Origin: Haplodiscus bocki
Lineage: Eukaryota
Direction of reading: 5' to 3'
Assembly: GCA_965655095.1 (NCBI GenBank)
Contig: OZ296658.1
Coordinates: forward strand, 53,320,001-53,384,000
Length of the DNA stretch: 64,000 nucleotides
Below are positions 50,901-62,235 of this stretch, piece by piece. The notes under the pieces were generated by a model. That model worked only from the letters and a program-made list of their open reading frames with translations. It did not search any database and was not told the origin of the DNA. The position numbers were made by a program, and so were the translations under genes. The first letter of the stretch is position 1, and the number at the start of each line of letters is the position of its first letter.

Positions 50901-53900
50901 AACCTCAGGATCTGGAAATTGTACAGACAAATGTAGATTTTCGGAAAAGATCAGAAGGACACACTGGAACGATTATCCCAGATGAAGAAATATACATCCC
51001 AGAAGAAAATAATACAGAATGAGACTTTCATCATCTGTTGTCACAGTTGGAAAACACAATACAGTTTCAGTTTTAGCAATCAATTTGAATGATCACGATC
51101 TAAGTTTCACAAACAACAAACAGGTTGCAGTTTTTCAATATCTCTCCCCGCCGGAAGAGGAGGAATTTATCGATATCGGGCCAGAAATTCTGGCACTCGT
51201 CAAAATGGAAAAGGCAGTAGTTTCCCGCGAGATTATTCAACTTATACGAATGCGAAAAACAAAAGCAGGAAAACAACCTCAACGCCCCTTTACCGAATAT
51301 GATAAAATCTGGTTTCCTACGCCGGAAATATGTCAAAATCTTAACAACTCATGTACCTTACTGAGGAAATTTTTTTCAGAACATAGGTAATTTGCAAAAA
51401 CGTCTTCTTTTGGATCCGCAAAATAACGAAACCGACAAGAAAATTTTTTCAGCACAATTTGACTGGTGGCGATTAGGAGACACTGTGACTGTTACTTGTC
51501 TCAGTTCGATTTTTTCGAACTACCTTTTGCTAGACATTTGGTGTACTGATTCTGAAAGTGTTAATCGTTTATCCGATTAAGGTTTAAATGCCTTTGCGCA
51601 CATTGTTTGTGAATGTTCTCTTTGACATCAACTGACAAGTCAGAATGTCTTGCAAAGTTTTGTGTAACATTGCATGTTTTGAAGTTACTAAAGCAGGAAA
51701 GGCTTCTCTGGAGTTTGCCCAGAAAACGTTGACCTCTTTTATCTTTAAAAGAACTCTCCATTAGTTCTAATTTTTTCACTACTGGGAATCAATGGGCCGC
51801 TATATTTAAGATAAACTACTCACTCCTATCAACAATCAAAAATTATTTAGTATAAATAGCATAGATTTTTAGGTTAATGGGTTCAACAAAATTGCTGATT
51901 ATAAACCAATGTTGATATAAACTAACCAAATTACTTTTTTCTGAGACTAGCTGTGAGTTGCCATCGGTTGCAAATCTTATCGACGAATCTCGTATCCAAT
52001 GCTCTCAGCAATAATCTCAAAGAAATGAACAGTAAAACCCGCTCCGGCTAAAAGAGGATTCAGAAGTAGATGCACATACAATATATGATGACAGTTCGTG
52101 TGCGACAACAAGCTACACAGGGAAGACCAGCAGCAGCACAAGATGAATGGATCCAGTGTTTGGTGTGAAATATAACGAACAGGGCAGTGCGATCTTGTCA
52201 AAATGACAAGCAGCCTATATCCTACTGCCAAAAAGTTTAACCTAATCTAGACGCCTACAACCTATTGGAGAATGAAGGGACGAAACACCTACCTGAGCTA
52301 AAGCAATCCTATGATGCAGAAAGCAGCAGTGCTATTTTTCTGTTAGTCCTGTTCGTATTCCTAACCAAGGAAGCTTAACTTGGATGTAGTAGATTGTTAG
52401 TTGCGCTGTGATTGTTTTCAAAACGGTTGTTCTCATCATTTCACAGATTTCATTGGGATGATTGTTCCACAGATTTCGATGGGAGCGCTTGATGACCTGA
52501 ATTAATAATAAGGCATTAGTTGTGTTTTTACTTTCATTCGGCATCATTACTTTCCGAAACTGAATCATTTCATGTGGCTCTCATCTTTTGCGAAAATCTC
52601 GCGAATCGTAACGACTTATATTCGTTTTGTAAATTTGGCAGCTAACGCACAATCAACAGTTTCTCTCCAAAGTACGCAGGAAGTTCAACTGGTAGTTGGA
52701 CTGACTTTCATTCTTTGTTTCGAAGTTCAGTTGATGTTACAGGACTCCAAGCAAACCAAAGAGTAGGATTCTTGAACTCCTTGAGAGATTCAGCACTAAA
52801 CTTTTTCCACACCACAGATGAAAACACGAAAGGAGACTTAGAGTTAACAATCACAACGTTGAAAAATCATTTTCGCAACCCGAATTTGAGATAAATTCGT
52901 CACATAAACTTCGAAAACTCGAAATTTAACCACAAAACGTTGGAAAACTTGACATTTAACCACAGAAGAGTTTACTGAGGAATTTTTGGTCCAATCTCAA
53001 AATTTAGCGACGAAATCTTATCAAAGACCAGCAGATCAACCGGTGGCACCCATTTGACAATACTGTGGAAAATGACCAAGACTGGGTTGAGAGAAAATCG
53101 TGCTAACGATAACAGACGAAGCTTTCCTCACGAAAAGGGAAAAACATACCATACGAATATTCAAGGAAGCAACGCCAATTTCCATCAGACTCAAACTTCT
53201 GGAGGAGCCAGAAGATGCCACAATCAATGAATTGTAGACAGAAGCCAGGCGAAAACTGGTTTTTCGAGAGTTTTGCCCAATTGATGACTAGTCTAAGTTT
53301 GGATTTAATGAGATGAGTACAGGTAAGTGCAAAAAGTTCCGAACAGTCCTGACCAAAATGATAGAAGACCAAATTTCCCGAAAAAAGAATGAATACATTG
53401 ACTGAAAAAAATACTCCTCCGCAATAAGGCACATCCAGCCAAAACTCGGTACAGAATTTTGAGCACAACGAAAATGAAGAGGAAATTCCGGAGGACGCTT
53501 CAATCAGAATCGTGGAAACACAAAAGATCTTATAATTAATAAAGATTTTGTAATAATTATCAACAATTCAATGATCAAAATGCTGAAACGACATTAAACA
53601 CACGAAATATAGTAGGACATATTGTGACAACAGCATTGTCGCAAAAGGTTTGCTATCTTGTGGTTATCCTAATCACACAGCAAAAAGGTGAAGCGATAGG
53701 AAGAAGCAATTCACGAGTTGGAAAAGTTCCGTTCAACTCCCAGTCAAAAAACTACTGACGCCACACACGTAAGATAGTCCAGAAGGCTGCAACCTTTTAA
53801 TTTCAATGCACTACAAATCTAAATGTTTCTTCAACGGAACCAAATTTTTCAACTCAAAATGAACTTGAAGAAACCCCAATCCCTAAAAAAGGCGAATCTC

Positions 53901-56900
53901 AGCATCCAGTAGATTTGGAAATGAACGCGTTCTTTCTACTTGAAGGAGAAAATTTGACGTATTTACCGTTAAAGTTTGAAAATGACGTCAAGGGGAAAGC
54001 AATAATTGACACAGGAGCTTTTGCTAGCCCCATGCCGGCAGAGTTTGATGGGAAACGGAAATGTCGCGGAATTCACTCTCAGAATTACAGCGAGTTTTTT
54101 TTAATGTCAAAGTTGCATCAGGGCGCAATGTTAAAGTTCTTGACTGAATTGACGTCAAATTCAAAATTAATGAACATAAATTTGAGGATACATTCTTCAT
54201 ACTTCCCTCAATGAACAGTGTTTTCTTAGGCAAGCCGTTCTTTGGCAAACACGGTGTTGAAATTTGCCCGGGAGACAATATGCTTAAAATAACATAAATG
54301 ACTTCCGAATTGACTGAAGTAACAACCCCTAGCGAAGGACGCGAAATTTTTCCTAAAAGACTATACCCATTTGTGATGAGCCAGAGAGTCATAATCAAAC
54401 CTCAGGATCTGGAAATTGTACAGACAAATGTAGATTTTCGGAAAGGATCAGAAGGACACACTGGAACGATTATCCCAGATGAAGAAATATACATCCCAGA
54501 AGAAAATAATACAGAATGAGACTTTCATCATCTGTTGTCACAGTTGGAAAACACAATACAGTTTCAGTTTTAGCAATCAATTTGAATGATCACGATCTAA
54601 GTTTCACAAACAACAAACAGGTTGCAGTTTTTCAATATCTCTCCCGCCGGAAGAGGAGGAATTTATCGATATCGGGCCAGAAATTCTGGCACTCGTCAAA
54701 ATGGAAAAGGCAGTAGTTTCCCGCGAGATTATTCAACTTATACGAATGCGAAAAACAAAAGCAGGAAAACAACCTCAACGCCCCTTTACCGAATATGATA
54801 AAATCTGGTTTCCTACGCCGGAAATATGTCAAAATCTTAACAACTCATGTACCTTACTGAGGAAATTTTTTTCAGAACATAGGTAATTTGCAAAAACGTC
54901 CTCTTTTGGATCCGCAAAATAACGAAACCGACAAGAAAATTTTTTCAGCACAATTTGACTGGTGGCGATTAGGAGACACTGTGACTGTTACTTGTCTCAG
55001 TTCGATTTTTTCGAACTACCTTTTGCTAGACATTTGGTGTACTGATTCTGAAAGTGTTAATCGTTTATCCGATTAAGGTTTAAATGCCTTTGCGCACATT
55101 GTTTGTGAATGTTCTCTTTGACATCAACTGACAAGTCAGAATGTCTTGCAAAGTTTTGTGTAACATTGCATGTTTTGAAGTTACTAAAGCAGGAAAGGCT
55201 TCTCTGGAGTTTGCCCAGAAAACGTTGACCTCTTTTATCTTTAAAAGAACTCTCCATTAGTTCTAATTTTTTCACTACTGGGAATCAATGGGCCGCTATA
55301 TTTAAGATAAACTACTCACTCCTATCAACAATCAAAAATTATTTAGTATAAATAGCATAGATTTTTCGGTTAATGGGTTCAACAAAATTGCTGATTATAA
55401 ACCAATGTTGATATAAACTAACCAAATTACTTTTTTCTGAGACTAGCTGTGAGTTGCCATCGGTTGCAAATCTTATCGACGAATCTCGTATCCAATGCTC
55501 TCAGCAATAATCTCAAAGAAATGAACAGTAAAACCCGCTCCGGCTAAAAGAGGATTCAGAAGTAGATGCACATACAATATATGATGACAGTTCGTGTGCG
55601 ACAACAAGCTACACAGGGAAGACCAGCAGCAGCACAAGATGAATGGATCCAGTGTTTGGTGTGAAATATAACGAACAGGGCAGTGCGATCTTGTCAAAAT
55701 GACAAGCAGCCTATATCCTACTGCCAAAAAGTTTAACCTAATCTAGACGCCTACAACCTATTGGAGAATGAAGGGACGAAACACCTACCTGAGCTAAAGC
55801 AATCCTATGATGCAGAAAGCAGCAGTGCTATTTTTCTGTTAGTCCTGTTCGTATTCCTAACCAAGGAAGCTTAACTTGGATGTAGTAGATTGTTAGTTGC
55901 GCTGTGATTGTTTTCAAAACGGTTGTTCTCATCATTTCACAGATTTCATTGGGACGATTGTTCCACAGATTTCGATGGGAGCGCTTGATGACCTGAATTA
56001 ATAATAAGGCATTAGTTGTGTTTTTACTTTCATTCGGCATCATTACTTTCCGAAACTGAATCATTTCATGTGGCTCTCATCTTTTGCGAAAATCTCGCGA
56101 ATCGTAACGACTTATATTCGTTTTGTAAATTTGGCAGCTAACGCACAATCAACAGTTTCTCTCCAAAGTACGCAGGAAGTTCAACTGGTAGTTGGACTGA
56201 CTTTCATTCTTTGTTTCGAAGTTCAGTTGATGTTACAGGACTCCAAGCAAACCAAAGAGTAGGATTCTTGAACTCCTTGAGAGATTCAGCACTAAACTTT
56301 TTCCACACCACAGATGAAAACACGAAAGGAGACTTAGAGTTAACAATCACAACGTTGAAAAATCATTTTCTCAACCCGAATTTGAGATAAATTCGTCACA
56401 TAAACTTCGAAAACTCGAAATTTAACCACAAAACGTTGGAAAACTTGACATTTAACCACAGAAGATTTTACTGAGGAATTTTTGGTCCAATCTCAAAATT
56501 TAGCGACGAAATCTTATCAAAGACCAGCAGATCAACCGGTGGCACCCATTTGACAATACTGTGGAAAATGACCAAGACTGGGTTGAGAGAAAATCGTGCT
56601 AACGATAACAGACGAAGCTTTCCTCACGAAAAGGGAAAAGCATACCATACGAATATTCAAGGAAGCAACGCCAATTTCCATCAGACTCAAACTTCTAGAG
56701 GAGCCAGAAGATGCCACAATCAATGAATTGTAGACAGAAGTCAGGCGAAAACTGGTTTTTCGAGAGTTTTGCCCAATTGATGACTAGTCTAAGTTTGGAT
56801 TTAATGAGATGAGTACAGGTAAGTGCAAAAAGTTCCGAACAGTCCTGACCAAAATGATAGAAGACCAAATTTCCCGAAAAAAAGAATGAATACATTGACT

Positions 56901-59900
56901 GAAAAAAATACTCCTCCGCAATAAGGCACATCCAGCCAAAACTCGGTACAGAATTTTGAGCACAACGAAAATGAAGAGGAAATTCCGGAGGACGCTTCAA
57001 TCAGAATCGTGGAAACACAAAAGATCTTATAATTAATAAAGATTTTGTAATAATTATCAACAATTCAATGATCAAAATGCTGAAACGACATTAAACACAC
57101 GAAATATAGTAGGACATATTGTGACAACAGCATTGTCGCAAAAGGTTTGCTATCTTGTGGTTATCCTAATCACACAGCAAAAAGGTGAAGCGATAGGAAG
57201 AAGCAATTCACGAGTTGGAAAAGTTCCGTTCAACTCCCAGTCAAAAAACTACTGACGCCACACACGTAAGATAGTCCAGAAGGCTGCAACCTTTTAATTT
57301 CAATGCACTACAAATCTAAATGTTTCTTCAACGGAACCAAATTTTTCAACTCAAAATGAACTTGAAGAAACCCCAATCCCTAAAAAAGGCGAATCTCAGC
57401 ATCCAGTAGATTTGGAAATGAACGCGTTCTTTCTACTTGAAGGAGAAAATTTGACGTATTTACCGTTAAAGTTTGAAAATGACGTCAAGGGGAAAGCAAT
57501 AATTGACACAGGAGCTTTTGCTAGCCCCATGCCGGCAGAGTTTGATGGGAAACGGAAATGTCGCGGAATTCACTCTCAGAATTACAGCGAGTTTTTTTTA
57601 ATGTCAAAGTTGCATCAGGGCGCAATGTTAAAGTTCTTGACTGAATTGACGTCAAATTCAAAATTAATGAACATAAATTTGAGGATACATTCTTCATACT
57701 TCCCTCAATGAACAGTGTTTTCTTAGGCAAGCCGTTCTTTGGCAAACACGGTGTTGAAATTTGCCCGGGAGACAATATGCTTAAAATAACATAAATGACT
57801 TCCGAATTGACTGAAGTAACAACCCCTAGCGAAGGACGCGAAATTTTTCCTAAAAGACTATACCCATTTGTGATGAGCCAGAGAGTCATAATCAAACCTC
57901 AGGATCTGGAAATTGTACAGACAAATATAGATTTTCGGAAAGGATCAGAAGGACACACTGGAACGATTATCCCAGATGAAGAAATATACATCCCAGAAGA
58001 AAATAATACAGAATGAGACTTTCATCATCTGTTGTCACAGTTGGAAAACACAATACAGTTTCAGTTTTAGCAATCAATTTGAATGATCACGATCTAAGTT
58101 TCACAAACAACAAACAGGTTGCAGTTTTTCAATATCTCTCCCCGCCGGAAGAGGAGGAATTTATCGATATCGGGCCAGAAATTCTGGCACTCGTCAAAAT
58201 GGAAAAGGCAGTAGTTTCCCGCGAGATTATTCAACTTATACGAATGCGAAAAACAAAAGCAGGAAAACAACCTCAACGCCCCTTTACCGAATATGATAAA
58301 ATCTGGTTTCCTACGCCGGAAATATGTCAAAATCTTAACAACTCATGTACCTTACTGAGGAAATTTTTTTCAGAACATAGGTAATTTGCAAAAACGTCCT
58401 CTTTTGGATCCGCAAAATAACGAAACCGACAAGAAAATTTTTTCAGCACAATTTGACTGGTGGCGATTAGGAGACACTGTGACTGTTACTTGTCTCAGTT
58501 CGATTTTTTCGAACTACCTTTTGCTAGACATTTGGTGTACTGATTCTGAAAGTGTTAATCGTTTATCCGATTAAGGTTTAAATGCCTTTGCGCACATTGT
58601 TTGTGAATGTTCTCTTTGACATCAACTGACAAGTCAGAATGTCTTGCAAAGTTTTGTGTAACATTGCATGTTTTGAAGTTACTAAAGCAGGAAAGGCTTC
58701 TCTGGAGTTTGCCCAGAAAACGTTGACCTCTTTTATCTTTAAAAGAACTCTCCATTAGTTCTAATTTTTTCACTACTGGGAATCAATGGGCCGCTATATT
58801 TAAGATAAACTACTCACTCCTATCAACAATCAAAAATTATTTAGTATAAATAGCATAGATTTTTAGGTTAATGGGTTCAACAAAATTGCTGATTATAAAC
58901 CAATGTTGATATAAACTAACCAAATTACTTTTTTCTGAGACTAGCTGTGAGTTGCCATCGGTTGCAAATCTTATCGACGAACCTCGTATCCAATGCTCTC
59001 AGCAATAATCTCAAAGAAATGAACAGTAAAACCCGCTCCGGCTAAAAGAGGATTCAGAAGTAGATGCACATACAATATATGATGACAGTTCGTGTGCGAC
59101 AACAAGCTACACAGGGAAGACCAGCAGCAGCACAAGATGAATGGATCCAGTGTTTGGTGTGAAATATAACGAACAGGGCAGTGCGATCTTGTCAAAATGA
59201 CAAGCAGCCTATATCCTACTGCCAAAAAGTTTAACCTAATCTAGACGCCTACAACCTATTGGAGAATGAAGGGACGAAACACCTACCTGAGCTAAAGCAA
59301 TCCTATGATGCAGAAAGCAGCAGTGCTATTTTTCTGTTAGTCCTGTTCGTATTCCTAACCAAGGAAGCTTAACTTGGATGTAGTAGATTGTTAGTTGCGC
59401 TGTGATTGTTTTCAAAACGGTTGTTCTCATCATTTCACAGATTTCATTGGGACGATTGTTCCACAGATTTCGATGGGAGCGCTTGATGACCTGAATTAAT
59501 AATAAGGCATTAGTTGTGTTTTTACTTTCATTCGGCATCATTACTTTCCGAAACTGAATCATTTCATGTGGCTCTCATCTTTTGCGAAAATCTCGCGAAT
59601 CGTAACGACTTATATTCGTTTTGTAAATTTGGCAGCTAACGCACAATCAACAGTTTCTCTCCAAAGTACGCAGGAAGTTCAACTGGTAGTTGGACTGACT
59701 TTCATTCTTTGTTTCGAAGTTCAGTTGATGTTACAGGACTCCAAGCAAACCAAAGAGTAGGATTCTTGAACTCCTTGAGAGATTCAGCACTAAACTTTTT
59801 CCACACCACAGATGAAAACACGAAAGGAGACTTAGAGTTAACAATCACAACGTTGAAAAATCATTTTCTCAACCCGAATTTGAGATAAATTCGTCACATA

Positions 59901-61588
59901 AACTTCGAAAACTCGAAATTTAACCACAAAACGTTGGAAAACTTGACATTTAACCACAGAAGAGTTTACTGAGGAATTTTTGGTCCAATCTCAAAATTTA
60001 GCGACGAAATCTTATCAAAGACCAGCAGATCAACCGGTGGCACCCATTTGACAATACTGTGGAAAATGACCAAGACTGGGTTGAGAGAAAATCGTGCTAA
60101 CGATAACAGACGAAGCTTTCCTCACGAAAAGGGAAAAGCATACCATACGAATATTCAAGGAAGCAACGCCAATTTCCATCAGACTCAAACTTCTAGAGGA
60201 GCCAGAAGATGCCACAATCAATGAATTGTAGACAGAAGTCAGGCGAAAACTGGTTTTTCGAGAGTTTTGCCCAATTGATGACTAGTCTAAGTTTGGATTT
60301 AATGAGATGAGTACAGGTAAGTGCAAAAAGTTCCGAACAGTCCTGACCAAAATGATAGAAGACCAAATTTCCCGAAAAAAAGAATGAATACATTGACTGA
60401 AAAAAATACTCCTCCGCAATAAGGCACATCCAGCCAAAACTCGGTACAGAATTTTGACCACAACGAAAATGAAGAGGAAATTCCGGAGGACGCTTCAATC
60501 AGAATCGTGGAAACACAAAAGATCTTATCAAAATCAAGGATCGAATAACTCTACCGTAACCAAAATCAAGGTAGTTACGGAAACATTTTTGGAGGCAATT
60601 TTCGAGATTGAAATGGTTATGTGGTAACAATTACAGAGGACACAACAGTGGAATTTATTCAATTATGGACAGTAGATTTTGTAATAATTATCAACAATTC
60701 AATGATCAAAATGCTCAAACGACATTAAACACACGAAACATAGTAGGACATATTGTGACAAGAGCATTGACGCAAAAGGTTTGCTATCTTGTGGTTATCC
60801 TAATCACACAGCAAAAAAGGTGAAGCGATAGGAAGAAGCAATTCACGAGGTGGAAAAGTTCCGTTCAACTCCCAGTCAGAAAACTACTGACGCCACACAC
60901 GTCAGACAGTCCAGAAGGCTCTAGCCTTTTAATTTCAATGCACTACAAATCTAATTGTTTCCTCACCAGAACCAAAATTATTAACCCAAAATGAACTTGA
61001 AGAAACCCCAATCCTTAATAAAGATGAATCTCAGCATCCAGTAGATTTGCAAACGAACGCGTTAGTAGTATATAGGCGAGCAAGACAGCCTGTGGGGGAT
61101 GAAGACCCTCATTTTTAACATAGGCTATAGGACCCAAGAGCCGAGAACTATCTTCACCCCCTGTTTTGATATTTTCCAGGGGCCCTGAGGCGGCCGGCGG
61201 AGACTTTAATAGGTATTTTTTCGGCATAGGCCGAGGCGGGCGGCGGAAAATTGAGGCGGAGACTTTATCATGTCAGAATATTGTTCATCCTATTGCGTTT
61301 TAACTCCGCGTCCAATAGGAATAGGGAAAGATTCCCAGTAATATACAAATGTATTAACAGACAAAACGAACACGAATAAAGTTGTTCAGAGAAACACACG
61401 TGCACACGAATGCGAACATCATTTAGTAGTCTTCTTTGTTTTACGAGAGCTGGAATTGATGGACGACATCGCGGAACGATAACGTGCAGCAGTGTAATCG
61501 GATGGTAGCTCACGTTATTATGTGGCGGTGTTCTATTGAACGAGGTGCTGAAAATAACGACTGAATACACAATACTCAGCAGTCATTC

Positions 61589-61945
61589 TTTTTGCATTCA
61601 TGCTAGTCAACATACGCAATTCCATTTCACATTTTCTGGACTTAAATTTATGAGTTCAGATTCCCGAACTTGAAAATATGAGTTCAGTTTTCCGGACATA
61701 AAATTCAGATTTTTGCATTCACGCTACCGTCAACATACGCAATTCCATTTCAGATTTTCTGGACTTAAAATTTTGAGTTCATATTCCCGAACTTAAAAAT
61801 AAAAGTTCAGTTTTCCGAACTTAAAATTATGAGTTCAGATTCCCTAACTTAAAAAGGTTAGTTCAGTTTTCCTGACTTAAATTTATGAGTTCAGATTCCC
61901 GAACTTAAGAATATGAGTTCAGTTTTCCGGATTTAAAACATGAGG
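61589..61945. repeat. Polinton subterminal repeats: ~8-9 copies of a 28-bp unit plus a duplicated ~55-bp block
   Basis: Units such as GAACTTAAAATTATGAGTTCAGATTCCC and GAACTTAAAAATAAAAGTTCAGTTTTCC; block TTTTGCATTCA..GTCAACATACGCAATTCCATTTCA at ~61590 and ~61711. Confidence 0.85.
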
Positions 61946-62235
61946 TAAGAGACTTAGAAAAAAATTTCGAAAAAAATCAAAAAAAATTCAAAATTCCATA
62001 AAAGCCCGAAATCGTTCCCAAAAGTGTCCAAACGTGTTTTGAACATGTTTTGGGGTAATTTTTTCGCCAAAAATATTTTGCCCAGTGTTCCATGGAGGGT
62101 CGAGTCTTGAAAATTTCCAAAAAAATCCAACCATGCAAAATTAGTAGGACTACCCACTAAACGCTATGTAAAATGTTGAATGAAAAATTATATTTGGAAA
62201 ATATCAAACAAAGGATTATAATACTGTCTTCTTAT

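Larger units (their letters stand above)
30341..61063 (+). repeat. Tandem array (macrosatellite) of nine retrotransposon-derived units starting at 30341, 33571, 37208, 40845, 44473, 47972, 51470, 54966, 58464 (lengths 3230, 3637, 3637, 3628, 3499, 3498, 3496, 3498, 2600 truncated)
   Basis: The identical junction TTTGACTGGTGG|CGATTAGGAGACACTG recurs eight times, and ORF-track peptides recur with the same periods. Confidence 0.97.

Noticed and set aside
30341-61063. Tandem family of expressed small protein genes or domesticated gag/protease
   Set aside because: The recurring short ORFs are fragments of a stop- and frameshift-ridden gag-pol or its antisense; recurrence reflects DNA duplication
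30341-61063. Nine independent retrotransposon insertions
   Set aside because: All share one junction with flanking host DNA, and there are no TSDs, PPT, RT or integrase
61589-61945. CRISPR-like array of 28-bp palindromic repeats
   Set aside because: Repeats are contiguous with no unique spacers, there are no cas genes, and the context is eukaryotic
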